Assembly (NCBI GenBank): GCA_027452245.1
Contig: DAIDGW010000017.1
Span: 18,483-82,482 of the forward strand
From: Acidobacteriaceae bacterium
Lineage (GTDB): Bacteria; Acidobacteriota; Terriglobia; Terriglobales; Acidobacteriaceae
DNA length: 64,000 bases
Reading direction: 5' to 3'
This document shows positions 46,330-55,802 of this stretch, one piece after another (the stretch's first letter is position 1; every line of letters begins with the position of its first letter). The translations under genes and the position numbers were made by a program. The notes beneath the pieces were generated by a model. The model made no database searches and was not told the origin of the DNA. It worked only from the letters and a program-made list of their open reading frames with translations.

Positions 46330-46778
46330 TTTCGACGCTCCTCCACCTCGGCAACCCAGGCTGAGCCTCCTGCCTGACGAGATTGATTCTCTCGACCCCT
46401 GACACAAGAAAGATAGATTCTTGGGTGGAACGCTCTCCTTCCGCACGACAGGTGCCAACTCGGGGATGCACCACCTTCCCAAAAATCAACTGCATCACCG
46501 ATTAGCTCAGCAAGTGATCTGAGGCACGTCAAAGGAATCGGACTGCAATGTCCAAACCATCGGACACTTGAGACGCATCAACTGCTCTCCGACATGAACT
46601 CATAAAGCTGGATTGGACCACGTCCTGAAACCGCCCGCTGCTTTGTTGTCTGTCAATTACCGCGTGTTTCGTGAGCGACACTCCGCCGGCCTGGTAACGA
46701 TCTGCCACCGCTCCCCTCTTGTTGTATGCGGCAATGAACCTGCAACGAAGTTCACGGAAGAGAGCTGACTCCATAGCT

Positions 46779-47198
46779 ATGGAGCCCGTCGAGATCATCG
46801 TCATGAATACGCGTCGCAGAAAACTTCTGGTTGCTGATTGCCATGGTGACACTCTTGTCGTCTTGGAGAAGTTGCTTGAGGACGCCGGTTTCGACACGAC
46901 CACCGTGTGGACAGCGAAAGACGCGCTCAGTCTCCTGGACTCTGGCACTTTTGATCTTTTGCTCCTCAACCAATATCTACCGGATGCGCGATGCGAAGAG
47001 TTTCTGAAAGAACTGGGTAAGAGACGTGAACCCCTTGCTTGTATCGTCATACTGCCAAGCGAACCGGAAATGGCTGACTTCACGCACCTTGAAACGCTGG
47101 GCGCGCGCGACGTTGTTTGCAAGCGCGCTTACCGACAAGTCGTTGCAGCTGTCAGAGAATGTCTCGCTTGCAACCAGAACTCAATTCCAGCCGCCTGA
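46779..47198 (+). CDS. receiver-like (pseudo-receiver) domain protein
   Basis: CheY-like pattern 'KLLVADCHGD', 'FDLLLLNQYLPD', 'CIVILPS' and 'VVCKRA'. Asn replaces the phospho-acceptor Asp. The start is uncertain (ATGs at 46719, 46779 and 46803). Confidence 0.5.
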   Translation: MEPVEIIVMNTRRRKLLVADCHGDTLVVLEKLLEDAGFDTTTVWTAKDALSLLDSGTFDLLLLNQYLPDARCEEFLKELGKRREPLACIVILPSEPEMADFTHLETLGARDVVCKRAYRQVVAAVRECLACNQNSIPAA

Positions 47199-47249
47199 CT
47201 CGTGACGGCGGCCAGAACGACCGGGCCTCAGGAAATGGAGGGATCGAAT

Positions 47250-47606
47250 ATGGAAGCCGATTACATCATCGCCTGCGGCATCGTTTGGCGGAAGACAGCC
47301 GATCTCGAGGCTGGGTGGGAACTGCTTGTGGGCCTGCAGTCCGAGGACAAGGAAATTAGGTTTCTTGCGCAAACGGTCCTCGCTGAATCCGGGGAAGCGG
47401 CAATGGATCTCGTTGAAACTGCGCTCGCAGGTGGGATCTTAACTCCCGAGCGCGCTGGCTCCTGCATGGAAGCAATTCTGCGCTCCCAAAACTGCATCGA
47501 GGACTGGGTCACTGGCCACCAGAAGGCCGAGACGCTTTCGCCCTCATACCTGGTTCAGAGCGAACAAGCTTCAGACACAAAAGGAGTCAGAGGAGTTCGA
47601 AACTAA
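47250..47606 (+). CDS. hypothetical protein (helical, HEAT-like)
   Basis: 118 aa from ATG 47250, which lies 6 nt after GGAGGGA. 'LQSEDKEIRFLAQTVLAESGEAAMDLVETAL' resembles a HEAT/armadillo-type helix pair. Confidence 0.4.
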   Translation: MEADYIIACGIVWRKTADLEAGWELLVGLQSEDKEIRFLAQTVLAESGEAAMDLVETALAGGILTPERAGSCMEAILRSQNCIEDWVTGHQKAETLSPSYLVQSEQASDTKGVRGVRN

Positions 47607-47657
47607 ATGGGAACTTGCCTGACCCTGAATTCATTTGAGTTTGCGGAGGGTACTAAC

Positions 47658-48146
47658 ATGAAATACAAAAACCTGTTACTGGTTTCACTGGGAACGCTGC
47701 TGATCGCATCCCCAGCACTTCGGGCCGATACCGGCTACACCGATGAAGAACCCGCTGTTGCGCAGGACGTAGCCAACCACTTGTCTGAGCTTGAAGCACA
47801 GGCCTCGAAGGTCGGACGACATGCTGAGAGTCTATGGATGATCTCGCGGAGCCATCACACAGCTCGAGACAGTCACGCCTACTATATGAACAACCTTATG
47901 CGCGACATCAATAGCATGGGGCAACTTCTCGCCGAACTGGAGCAAATGAAGCCACAGGCCACGGAGTCGCAGAAAATGGCCATCGACAACGCTCGTTTAC
48001 ACTTGGTGACCCTGGCCGACAAAACCACCGAAGCTCGCGATTTGCTTCGGGCTGGAGGGGAAAACGTCAAACAGACTCAGTACAAAGAAACAGTTGCCGA
48101 ACTGTCCAGGCAAGCGGACATTTTCCATCAAGAGTTAGCAAGATAG
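47658..48146 (+). CDS. exported hypothetical helical protein
   Basis: ATG 47658 lies 7 nt after GGAGGG. Signal peptide 'LLLVSLGTLLIASPALRA'. The rest is predicted helical. Confidence 0.55.
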   Translation: MKYKNLLLVSLGTLLIASPALRADTGYTDEEPAVAQDVANHLSELEAQASKVGRHAESLWMISRSHHTARDSHAYYMNNLMRDINSMGQLLAELEQMKPQATESQKMAIDNARLHLVTLADKTTEARDLLRAGGENVKQTQYKETVAELSRQADIFHQELAR

Positions 48147-48208
48147 TGAATCATCATGGGAGATGAAGGCCAAATCGGATTTTTCTGTGCTTGTAACGGC
48201 CAGAATGC

Positions 48209-48478
48209 GTGACTGTCATGTGGGAAACCATTGCAATCATCCTGAGCCTTGGCGGACTGGAATTCACGCTGTGGTTCCTGGATCAGCGTGCTGCAAAACG
48301 GGACCATGAAATGCAAACCAAACAATTGGAGATCCTCGATGGAATCCTGACAGAACTGGCGATTCAGAATGCGGAAGATATCAATCGGGTTTTACCGCCG
48401 CAGTCAGAGGGGGTGCAAATTGAAAACTCTAGCGTCGGAACGGCAAATCGGACTGAAATACATTCTGTTTGCCACTGA
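48209..48478 (+). CDS. hypothetical small membrane protein (weak)
   Basis: 89-aa ORF with the hydrophobic segment 'WETIAIILSLGGLEFTLWFL'. No clear SD. Its 3' end overlaps the USP gene. Confidence 0.25.
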   Translation: MTVMWETIAIILSLGGLEFTLWFLDQRAAKRDHEMQTKQLEILDGILTELAIQNAEDINRVLPPQSEGVQIENSSVGTANRTEIHSVCH

Positions 48479-49355
48479 TTTCGAGGTTTCGGCCAGTCGA
48501 GCTTTTCCATTTGCCCTCGCGATTGCAAAACGATACAGCGCCAGGCTCGACGCCCTCCACGTGATCCCGACCAAAGCTCTTGCGCTTGCTTCTCCTCAAT
48601 CAATTCATCGGGTATTAGCTCAAGCTGAAGATTTTGCTCGATATGGCTTGAATCAACTACTCGGCCCATTCCGCCATCATGGGCTTTCATGCCGGGCGTT
48701 AATCGGGGAAGGGAACGTAACCGATGTGATTGAGGAATTTGTGAAGCAAAGCGCCACCGATCTGCTTGTTGTTGGGACGAGCTCTCGCATGGGACTGAGC
48801 AAAGTATTTCTGGGTTCAGTCGCGGAAGAATTGATCCGAGACTCGCCCTGCCCGGTACTGGCGGTCGGACCCAACGTCACAACACTGGCTTCGGACGGCA
48901 TCCATAGTATCGTTTGTCCCATCGATTTCTCTGACGCATCGGCAAAAGCAACACAATTTGCAATCGCCCTCGCCAGCGAATACCAGGCACATCTCACATT
49001 CGTACACGTTCTGCCACACATTCCCAAAGGTCCTTTGCAGATGGCAGCCGAACTGATCGAGCGGCGAGTGTTCGACGCAATGCCCGAGGAACCCGAATTT
49101 CCCTACCCGCCGGAGGTAATCGTCGAGACCGGCCCTGTAGCAGACTGCATTCTGAACCTTACCACTGATTTGTACGCCGACCTCGTCGTGATGGGTGCAC
49201 ACGGGACTGGATCTTTCGCTGAGATGGCCAGTCACTTCGGCTCGATTGCGCATAGGGTCGTGTCTCTTGCGACCTGTCCCGTACTAACGGTCGGCGACGT
49301 GCAAGTCTCCCAAACGGCAGTAGAGAACGGAGGTGCCTTATGGATGCGGCAATGA
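48420..49355 (+). CDS. tandem universal stress protein (2 x UspA domain)
   Basis: Two Usp modules end in 'LLVVGTSSRMGLSKVFLGSVAEELIRDSPCPVLAV' and 'LVVMGAHGTGSFAEMASHFGSIAHRVVSLATCPVLTV'. TTG 48420 lies 6 nt after AGGGGG; the ORF-track ATG is at 48369. Confidence 0.8.
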   Translation: MKTLASERQIGLKYILFATDFEVSASRAFPFALAIAKRYSARLDALHVIPTKALALASPQSIHRVLAQAEDFARYGLNQLLGPFRHHGLSCRALIGEGNVTDVIEEFVKQSATDLLVVGTSSRMGLSKVFLGSVAEELIRDSPCPVLAVGPNVTTLASDGIHSIVCPIDFSDASAKATQFAIALASEYQAHLTFVHVLPHIPKGPLQMAAELIERRVFDAMPEEPEFPYPPEVIVETGPVADCILNLTTDLYADLVVMGAHGTGSFAEMASHFGSIAHRVVSLATCPVLTVGDVQVSQTAVENGGALWMRQ

Positions 49356-49537
49356 TTTTGGTATTGGTTCTGATCGCATGTGTCATCGCTCTGCTCGCAT
49401 GGTTCGAGATCAATTCCCGCCGAAATGAAGCGAAGATGGAATTGAAGTCAACTCTCGCTGAATCGGGACTTGAATCCATGAAGAGAAATACCAAAAAAGA
49501 GGATGAGCCCAAGACGCCGAAAGCGAAAGCCGCTTAG
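49340..49537 (+). CDS. hypothetical small membrane protein
   Basis: 65 aa. GGAGGT lies 5 nt before the ATG. One TM helix 'MILVLVLIACVIALLAWF' followed by a Lys/Glu-rich tail. It overlaps the USP stop by 16 nt. Confidence 0.4.
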   Translation: MDAAMILVLVLIACVIALLAWFEINSRRNEAKMELKSTLAESGLESMKRNTKKEDEPKTPKAKAA

Positions 49538-49571
49538 TTCCCCCTCGGTCCAGGAACCATAGGAGTTCACC

Positions 49572-50054
49572 ATGCAAGATCGTCCCGTGATTATTACTGA
49601 CGCCGACATGGACAGACTGACTCGAGTAGTTCGGGCCTTTCGGCACTCCCTGTTTCGAGATCAACAGCAGCTTGAGTTGCTCGATCAGAAGCTGGCTAGC
49701 GCTGAAGTTCGGAGTTCCGGGCGTGTCCCGCCAACCTTGATCAGGATGAGGTCCTGTGTTCGCGTGTTCGATTTCGATACGCGGAAAAGAGGCCTATATA
49801 CTTTGGTATTTCCCGATGAGACCAACGTTTCCACGGGCATGATCTCAATCCTTGCACCGTTGGGGATTGCGCTGCTGGGTCGGAGAAAGGGAGACGTCAT
49901 CGAGGCACGAGTGCCGGGAGGAGTCAGAAAACTGAAGGTAGAGGACGTTCGGAAGCAGCAGCAAGCGGCTCGCAAAACGAAGCCGGCCGAAATTAAATCG
50001 TCTCATCGCTCATCGCGGTCTCATCGAACCGAGGAAACCATTCTGGCTGCCTGA
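49572..50054 (+). CDS. rnk: GreA/GreB-family protein, Rnk-like (regulator of nucleoside diphosphate kinase)
   Basis: 160 aa. Short N-terminal coiled region plus a GreA/B C-terminal-type domain 'ISILAPLGIALLGRRKGDVIEARVPGG'. Confidence 0.75.
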   Translation: MQDRPVIITDADMDRLTRVVRAFRHSLFRDQQQLELLDQKLASAEVRSSGRVPPTLIRMRSCVRVFDFDTRKRGLYTLVFPDETNVSTGMISILAPLGIALLGRRKGDVIEARVPGGVRKLKVEDVRKQQQAARKTKPAEIKSSHRSSRSHRTEETILAA

Positions 50055-50545
50055 CAGTACTGTTTTCCTGGGGACGAATCGCACCCAACTCCCTGAGAAA
50101 ACTGCCCTCATTCAGCTTGCGAAATCACATATTCGCACGAAATTCTAGAACTCTTCAATTGGGACGTGCGAAGTCCCGTATGGGCCGCACTGATCCGATG
50201 GTCACGATTTGGTCACACGCGCCCGACATCCAGCATCTGATTCGTGTTCGGCGGCTGCATAACGTGCCTACTGTAACTCATCGCAGCCTTTGAACAAGCC
50301 GTTGCGGCCCTCTTGGAATCTACAGCAAAACGCGGATGGACGCGGGTCCATTCAGTCCGTATTCCCCCAACAACCTATGCGAATCGACAGCATTTGAATG
50401 GCGCGCTCGACTCCCCGTCAAAGGTGATAAGCCGAGCCGCCAGCGAGCTTGGAACTTGATCGGCATCGGAAAATCATATAAGCGAACTTACGAAAAAGAA
50501 GCAGAAGCAAAGTAAGGTGAGCGGGCAGCAAAGCAGCAGCATTCT

Positions 50546-50686
50546 GCGCTGCTTCTGCCTGTACGCCATTCGCTTGCTCCAATGCGCTCTCGATCAAGCT
50601 CTTTTCACGAACGCCGGCAATTCGCGCAGTTGTCCTACCGGGAAAAGACCGCGGGTCCATTCGTGCATTTCTAGCTTCTTTGAGGA
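50546..50686 (-). pseudogene. decayed 3'-end fragment of an NtrC-family (sigma-54 activator) gene, paralogous to 37494-37634
   Basis: Direct nucleotide comparison. The first 51 nt (gcgctgcttctgcctgtacgccattcgcttgctccaatgc...) differ at one position from 37494-37544. Similarity continues to 'catttctagcttctttg' with one 1-nt deletion (137 versus 138 nt), which breaks the frame. It encodes '(S)LIESALEQANGVQAEAA' versus 'ALIERALEQANGVQAEAA'. No upstream AAA+ part is present. Confidence 0.6.
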
Positions 50687-50691
50687 TTGCG

Positions 50692-53373
50692 TCAGTGAAT
50701 TGGGACACGGTACAAGTTTCTTTGTACGATGCGCCGGGCGAAGGTGTATAGCGAGCCGTTTACGGCGTAGTCTGGGCGATCGTCAATTACTTGCAGGCGC
50801 TCTGAGTTGGGGATTGCGGATGCAGTCCTTATTCCATCAGGAGGGAACGGCGGCAGCATCTTGGACTTCTTAAGAGGAATGACAAAGGTTTTGGCGCCGC
50901 TGGGGCTCTCCATGGAACGAAAGCTCAAGAATGCCGTACTGCCGTCGTAAGACCAGTCAAACTCGCAGTCGTCATAGCAGATTCGTATAGCCGGGCCACC
51001 CCGCAACGGAATAGCTTCATGTGCGACGGAGTAAGTTTCATCCTTGATCGGGCGAAGCACTTCGGCAAATTGCTCATCGGGTGAGATCATCAACAGATAG
51101 ACGATGGGATCTGGGAACACCTTATCAGGACTGCTTCCATCGCCGTTCATGCGGTACAAGTAATTCACATTGTTCTCTGTTTTGACGAAGTAAATCATGC
51201 CAGAACGCCCGTACTGTGGCTCTGTCGCATCGTCCATCAGTTTACGCGGACTCGATCGGTGATCAAGCGCCGCCGTCCATATCGACGGCTCTCCGCTTTT
51301 CTCGGCCGTCGCGAATGCGACCGATCTTCCATCCGCTGCCAGCGAAAAGGTTCGGACGGCAAAATCCGGCAGCACATTCTCCAAGGCTCCGCTTTGAAGA
51401 TCAATGGACCACAACTGTGCTTTTCCACGATCCAGGGCCGACAAACTCTGAGGACCGACTCTGTAAAAAATCTTTGAGTGGTCCGGGGAAATGACCGGGC
51501 TTACGGCATATCCGCTTGAGGATATCTGGCGGTCACCATTCTGGTCGTGCAACCAGACGGTGCTTTGGGAATTCCCGACCGAGGTAATAAACGATTGCCC
51601 GTCTGGAGCGACGGCAATTCCTTCCTGTTCGGTGGGACCCGACGTGATCTGTTCCGGCTGGCCAGTAGGAAAGGCCTGTCGCCAGATGTGAAATCCGTTC
51701 CCGCCAGCATTCGAACTGAAATACATCCACTTGCCATCGGGGCTCCAAGCCCCAGAGTCACAGCCGCCGTCCAGCGGACCCACAGATTTTGCAACTGGCG
51801 GACCCGCAAACGGTACTAGCCGGCAGGGATACCAGCCGCCGAGCTTCATCTCGGCGATTAGAACCCATTGACGATCGGGTGAGATCCAGGAGTAATGCGC
51901 CATATCGGTATTTTTGGTCGGAACATAAATGTCGCGTTCCTCAGCGCGGCTTTCCGTCGACGTGACCACAGCAAAATGCCACCCTTCTTTCACTTCGCTG
52001 AACATCACATGTTGCGAATCGATCCACGTCAGTCCGGTTGCGTTCGAGAGAAAGGGCTGAGCGGATCCCCCTAGCACGGGGATCACCATAGACTGCCACT
52101 TCGCATAGGTGCTGTAAGCGATTTTTGATCCGTCTGGGAAAAATGCGGGCGCGAGTTTCAAAGTACCGTCATTGGTCAGGCGTACGGGATCTCCATCGGG
52201 CAGGATTTTCACATAGATTTCGCCCGGAGCTGCGAAAGAGAACCGGGGCCCGCGCACGAAGGCCAGCAGGCGCCCGTCAGGAGAGAGCGCCGGATACCCG
52301 GCAGAATCAGTGAAGTTCGTGATCTGCTGCCACTCGATCGCGTTCGAAGCAGCGGGTTTCCGGCTACTGCGGAGATAGAATACCCCCAGCCCCCCCACCG
52401 TCAGTACCACCGCTACTCCCACCAACATTGCAAGCCATCTTCGTTGCTGCGCCGTGGGCGGCGGATTATTTGCGGCCACAATGCGACCCGAACTCTCCAC
52501 TGCGGCTTTCCCGGATTGTGTGTCTCGCTTCAGCCGCTTCAGGTCACCCCGCAACTCGGCCGCGGTTTGATAGCGCAGATCGCGATCTTTTTCCAGCGAT
52601 TTCGTGATGATTTCTTCCAGCTTCGCCGGAATGTCCGCATTCAGCGATGTTGGCCGCGGTGGCTCCTTGTCCAGAATTGCCGCGAACATCACAGCGGTGG
52701 TTTTTCCGTCAAACGGGCGGCCGCCCGTGGACATTTCGTATAGAACCGTACCGAATGCGAACAGGTCACTGCGCACATCAAGCTCTTCTCCGCGAGCTTG
52801 TTCCGGCGACATGTAGGCAACGGTTCCCACGGCGGTGCCGGGACTGGTGAGTCGGGCATCCAGGCCTGCGCTATCTGCGATCGTTTGTGCGGAGGAGGAA
52901 TGTAGGCTGGTCGTTGCTAAACCGAAGTCGAGAACCTTGATGCGCCCGCGCTTGGTCACGAAAATATTGGCGGGCTTGATGTCGCGATGCACGATGCCAC
53001 GTTGGTGCGCAGCATCGAGAGCATCTGAGATCTGGATGCCGAAGTCCAGCACGGTCTCGATCTTCAAGCAACCCCCGCGGAGCTTGGTCTCGAGTGTGAA
53101 ACCTTCCAGCAACTCCAGGGCGATGAAGTGGCGGCCGGCGTGCTCGCCGATCTCGTAGATCGTGCAAATGTTCTCGTGATTCAGGGAAGACGCTGCCCTT
53201 GCCTCGCGTTGCAACCGCTCCAGCGCAGCGGCATCATTTTCCAATTCAGCAGGAAGAAATTTGAGCGCGACCCTGCGGCCCAGAGTGAGGTCCTGCGCTT
53301 CGTACACAACCCCCATGCCCCCTCTGCCGAGAGGCTGCACGATACGGTAATGCGAAATCGTTTCCCCAATCAT
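50692..53373 (-). CDS. Ser/Thr protein kinase fused to TM segment and TolB/PD40-like beta-propeller
   Basis: Hanks motifs 'LGRGGMGVVYEA', 'VALKFL', 'HRDIKPANI', 'DFGLA' and 'GTVAYMSPEQ'. TM 'WLAMLVGVAVVLTVGGLGVFYL'. The C-terminal ~540 aa have 'SPDG'-type PD40 repeats. Confidence 0.9.
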   Translation of the reverse strand: MIGETISHYRIVQPLGRGGMGVVYEAQDLTLGRRVALKFLPAELENDAAALERLQREARAASSLNHENICTIYEIGEHAGRHFIALELLEGFTLETKLRGGCLKIETVLDFGIQISDALDAAHQRGIVHRDIKPANIFVTKRGRIKVLDFGLATTSLHSSSAQTIADSAGLDARLTSPGTAVGTVAYMSPEQARGEELDVRSDLFAFGTVLYEMSTGGRPFDGKTTAVMFAAILDKEPPRPTSLNADIPAKLEEIITKSLEKDRDLRYQTAAELRGDLKRLKRDTQSGKAAVESSGRIVAANNPPPTAQQRRWLAMLVGVAVVLTVGGLGVFYLRSSRKPAASNAIEWQQITNFTDSAGYPALSPDGRLLAFVRGPRFSFAAPGEIYVKILPDGDPVRLTNDGTLKLAPAFFPDGSKIAYSTYAKWQSMVIPVLGGSAQPFLSNATGLTWIDSQHVMFSEVKEGWHFAVVTSTESRAEERDIYVPTKNTDMAHYSWISPDRQWVLIAEMKLGGWYPCRLVPFAGPPVAKSVGPLDGGCDSGAWSPDGKWMYFSSNAGGNGFHIWRQAFPTGQPEQITSGPTEQEGIAVAPDGQSFITSVGNSQSTVWLHDQNGDRQISSSGYAVSPVISPDHSKIFYRVGPQSLSALDRGKAQLWSIDLQSGALENVLPDFAVRTFSLAADGRSVAFATAEKSGEPSIWTAALDHRSSPRKLMDDATEPQYGRSGMIYFVKTENNVNYLYRMNGDGSSPDKVFPDPIVYLLMISPDEQFAEVLRPIKDETYSVAHEAIPLRGGPAIRICYDDCEFDWSYDGSTAFLSFRSMESPSGAKTFVIPLKKSKMLPPFPPDGIRTASAIPNSERLQVIDDRPDYAVNGSLYTFARRIVQRNLYRVPIH

Positions 53374-53519
53374 CAGCTTGCACGGGAAGAGATTGAACGA
53401 TGTTAGGGACGTTTGCAGGACAAGTCAACATAAGCTCGGCGGTCCGGTTGCACTTGTGCATCCACGGCTCAGAACTCCAACTCTCGATTGTCGAGTACTT
53501 CTGCATCAGCGAATTAAGC

Positions 53520-53607
53520 TGGTGCCGGGAACAGGAATCGAACCTGCAAGGTACCAAGTACCGGCGGATTTTGAGTCCGCTGCGTCTGCCAGTTCCGCCA
53601 TCCCGGC
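53520..53607 (-). tRNA. tRNA-Leu (anticodon CAA), type II with long variable arm, CCA encoded
   Basis: Folded by hand. Acceptor GCCGGGA/TCCCGGC, D-arm GCG/CGC, anticodon stem GCGGA/TCCGC with loop CTCAAAA. Variable arm with stem GGTAC/GTACC, T-arm GCAGG-TTCGATT-CCTGT, discriminator A, then CCA. Confidence 0.9.
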
Positions 53608-53706
53608 ACGGATGGTGCCTTCAGTATCGCACACAAAATGCTTACCTAGGCTTCCATCTACCTGTACGTTTTCTTGAAAGATCTGGCTGCAGGCTGCAGC
53701 AGTGAA

Positions 53707-55125
53707 TCACACGGCGGCCACACTCGGAACCGGCACGCTGGTCAGTGGAAGGGTAATTCGGAATGTCGCTCCAGTGCCCGGCTGGCTCTCCACCCCGATT
53801 GTGCCCTGGTGTTGCTGCACGATCCATTCCGCGATCGAGAGCCCAAGACCGGCTCCGCTCGATTCGCGGCTCCGCGCCTTGTCCACGCGATAAAACCGTT
53901 CAAAGACTTTCTTCTGCTCGTCCTTTGGTATACCAATACCGGTATCGCGAACGGCCACAATCGCATGATCCCCCTCCCGCGCCAGGCATAATTCCACCGT
54001 CCCATCCGCTCCGGTGAACTTAAAGGCATTTTCCAGGAGGATATTCACCAGCCGGTGTAGCGCAGTCTCGTCTCCTAATACGAACGAAGACTCATTTTCA
54101 AAGCTCGTATAGAACCTTATCTTCCGAATCACTGCGCTCTGCTTCCATCGATCGGCGATGCCTTGCAGCATGCTGTTCAAATCGATGGCATGGAAGGTCA
54201 GTACTTCGCGTCCGGAATCGGTTCTGGCCAGTGCAAGCAGTTCCTCTACGAGTGTGGTGGTGCGTTCGGCCTCCGCAAGAATGTGCCGCAACGCCTCCCG
54301 ATATTCTGCCTCACCTCGCGATTTGCGCAGCGCCACTTCCGCCTCTGTCCTGACCAGGGATATCGGCGTCCGGAGTTCATGCGAAGCGTCTGCGGTAAAT
54401 TGCGTCACACGCCGGAACGATTGTTCGATACGCTCCAGCATCTCATTCAGCGTGTCCGATAGCCGCTGCAGTTCATCTCCGGTCTGCAGCGTTTCCAGGC
54501 GCCGCTGCAGGTTCGTTCCACTGATCTCACGCGCACTCTTCACAATGGCGTCCACCGGTGCCAGAGCTTTTCGGCTGACCCAATAACCGCCGGCGGCCGC
54601 GGTCAAGAACAATAAAGGTGCAATCATGAACAGGTAGCCGCGAAACGAACTCAGCGTGTCGGCCACGTCATCCACGTTGATCGCCGTCTGCACGACATAT
54701 CGGTGGCCATGGACCGATAGCGGTTCCGTCGCAAAGCGCAGCGGAAGCCCTTTATAAAACTGGTCTTTGTGGAATCCTCTTTTTAGCAGGCCGGGCTCGG
54801 GAGCCCGAACTTCGTGATCTTTCATGAAGGGCGACCGAAATACCCACTGGCCGTCGCCGGCATAGATCTGCAGGTAGTCGCCCGCGTGCTCCCGTGAATA
54901 AAAATCGTTCACTGCCGCCTGCAGATTTGCCAGAGACGCATCAGCCGGTTGCGCATTAATAAAATGTGTCAAATCCTCCACCTGATTCTCCAGGTCGTCA
55001 TCGGCCATATCGTAGAGGTGATAGCGCAGCAACAGCCACATCCCCATTCCGAATACCACCTGGGCAATCGCGAAGATCGCCAGATACCAGACCGCCAGGC
55101 GCACGCCGATGGAGAATTTTTTCAC
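53707..55125 (-). CDS. two-component sensor histidine kinase (TM - HAMP - HisKA - HATPase; CusS/heavy-metal-sensor-like architecture)
   Basis: Two TM helices flank a ~140-aa periplasmic loop. H-box 'ADASHELRTPIS' and ATPase boxes 'LLENAFKFT', 'DTGIGIP' and 'GAGLGLSIA'. Confidence 0.85.
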   Translation of the reverse strand: MKKFSIGVRLAVWYLAIFAIAQVVFGMGMWLLLRYHLYDMADDDLENQVEDLTHFINAQPADASLANLQAAVNDFYSREHAGDYLQIYAGDGQWVFRSPFMKDHEVRAPEPGLLKRGFHKDQFYKGLPLRFATEPLSVHGHRYVVQTAINVDDVADTLSSFRGYLFMIAPLLFLTAAAGGYWVSRKALAPVDAIVKSAREISGTNLQRRLETLQTGDELQRLSDTLNEMLERIEQSFRRVTQFTADASHELRTPISLVRTEAEVALRKSRGEAEYREALRHILAEAERTTTLVEELLALARTDSGREVLTFHAIDLNSMLQGIADRWKQSAVIRKIRFYTSFENESSFVLGDETALHRLVNILLENAFKFTGADGTVELCLAREGDHAIVAVRDTGIGIPKDEQKKVFERFYRVDKARSRESSGAGLGLSIAEWIVQQHQGTIGVESQPGTGATFRITLPLTSVPVPSVAAV

Positions 55126-55802
55126 GCCTGCCCTTCCGGCCTGATCATGTACCCCACACCACGCACCGTATGTATGAGCTTCACCCGTCCAGGCAGGTTC
55201 ACCTTGTTCCGCAACAGGTGCATAAATGCATCCAGCGTATTCTCCTCAATCTCCCGGTCGAATCCCCAGACCGACTCGATCAAGCCTTGCCGCGAGACCA
55301 CTTTCCCTGCCCGATACATCAGACGCTCCAGCAGGTTGTATTCGGTCCGCGTCAGCGAGATCCGCACATCGCCGCGCGTCACCTCCCTGCTCGCAGGATC
55401 GAGCACCAGATCGCCGACCCTCAACTGCAACTCCTGCTGCGGCATGGTCCGCCGCTTCACCGCACGCAAACGCGCCACCAGTTCGTCGAAAGAGAAAGGC
55501 TTGGTCATGTAATCGTCTGCCCCGATATCCAATCCCCGAACGATGTCGGGAACCGTATCTTTCGCGGTTAGCATCAATACCGGCGTCTGAATCTTTTCCG
55601 CGCGCAGCCGCTTCGCCAGGTCATACCCATTCATCTTCGGCATCATGACGTCCAGAATAATCACGTCAAACTCGTACTGTTTCGCCAATTCCAGGCCCTC
55701 GGCTCCGTCGAGGGCGCACATTACCGTATGGCCCTCCTCCGTCAGGCCTTTGCGGAGCAGTTCCGTCATTCGGACCTCGTCTTCCACGATCAGCAACTTC
55801 AT
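55122..55802 (-). CDS. OmpR-family response regulator
   Basis: REC 'KLLIVEDE...VIILDVMMPKMNG' and winged helix 'LTRTEYNLLERLM...IHTVRGVGYMI'. 4-nt overlap with the downstream kinase gene. Confidence 0.9.
   Translation of the reverse strand: MKLLIVEDEVRMTELLRKGLTEEGHTVMCALDGAEGLELAKQYEFDVIILDVMMPKMNGYDLAKRLRAEKIQTPVLMLTAKDTVPDIVRGLDIGADDYMTKPFSFDELVARLRAVKRRTMPQQELQLRVGDLVLDPASREVTRGDVRISLTRTEYNLLERLMYRAGKVVSRQGLIESVWGFDREIEENTLDAFMHLLRNKVNLPGRVKLIHTVRGVGYMIRPEGQA

Noticed and set aside
46330-46778. Long spacer upstream of the TonB-receptor operon examined for a cobalamin or other riboswitch
   Set aside because: No B12-box (GCCACTG) on either strand and no other conserved riboswitch core recognised.
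46529-47122. 197-aa minus-strand ORF antisense to the pseudo-receiver gene
   Set aside because: Ser/Arg-rich composition and no SD. The + frame shows the CheY-like alternating pattern.
53378-53705. 99-101-aa + strand ORFs between the kinase gene and the sensor kinase
   Set aside because: They run straight through the tRNA-Leu gene (53520-53607), which folds into a canonical cloverleaf. No coding support.
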